Shown here piece by piece: positions 22,834 through 23,116 of a DNA stretch of 23,116 nucleotides; the first letter of the stretch is position 1; each line of letters starts with the position of its first letter. Origin of the DNA: Octopus sinensis (Eukaryota). The notes below the pieces were generated by a model. It was not told where the DNA came from. It saw only the letters and a list, made by a program, of their open reading frames with translations, and ran no database searches. The translations under genes and the position numbers were made by a program. The stretch is from contig NW_021836573.1 in assembly GCF_006345805.1 (NCBI RefSeq), positions 1 through 23,116 on the forward strand, given 5' to 3'.

Positions 22834-22865
<32 letters not shown>

Positions 22866-22960
22866 CTGCAACAGCAAAAAGCACAACCGCCGCCACCACG
22901 ACCACAACCACAACCACCACCACCAGCACCACCACCACACCAACATCACAACAACATCAA
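22829..22960. repeat. (CAA)n/(CAC)n microsatellite
   Basis: Direct reading. Confidence 0.88.
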
Positions 22961-23116
22961 CTTGAAATTCCGATGTAAAAATAATACTAATAATAAAAAC
23001 GTACTTGTGCATGTGTAAATGTGAGCAGAAAATAACGAAACGTGATATGTGTATGTGTGTGAAAGTGTGTCTGTGTACGTGTGTGCGTTTATCAAAAACA
23101 TGGACGATATATAATA

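Overview
AT-rich eukaryotic non-coding DNA, most likely intronic or intergenic. The SINE sequences resemble, from recall, the high-copy tRNA-derived SINEs of Octopus (cephalopod); this was not database-checked. The window is dominated by di-, tri- and tetranucleotide microsatellites, which explain most of the low-complexity ORFs in the supplied track. It holds about 13 SINE copies from three or four families and decayed non-LTR retrotransposon fragments of several clades (RTE/BovB-like, CR1/L2-like, R4/Dong-like). There is no intact gene and nothing prokaryotic. The most notable signals are: (1) a ~105-bp fold-back at 11432-11537 whose internal loop is a type I hammerhead ribozyme core (CTGACGA / stem II / GAAAC); (2) a TSD-flanked SINE with a 184-bp head-to-tail internal repeat and terminal redundancy that recurs in a second copy; (3) an RTE insertion with its endonuclease fragment inverted against its 3' end; (4) a 115-bp candidate coding exon on the minus strand (16357-16471), absent from the ORF track, weakly resembling the end of a cyclic-nucleotide-binding domain.
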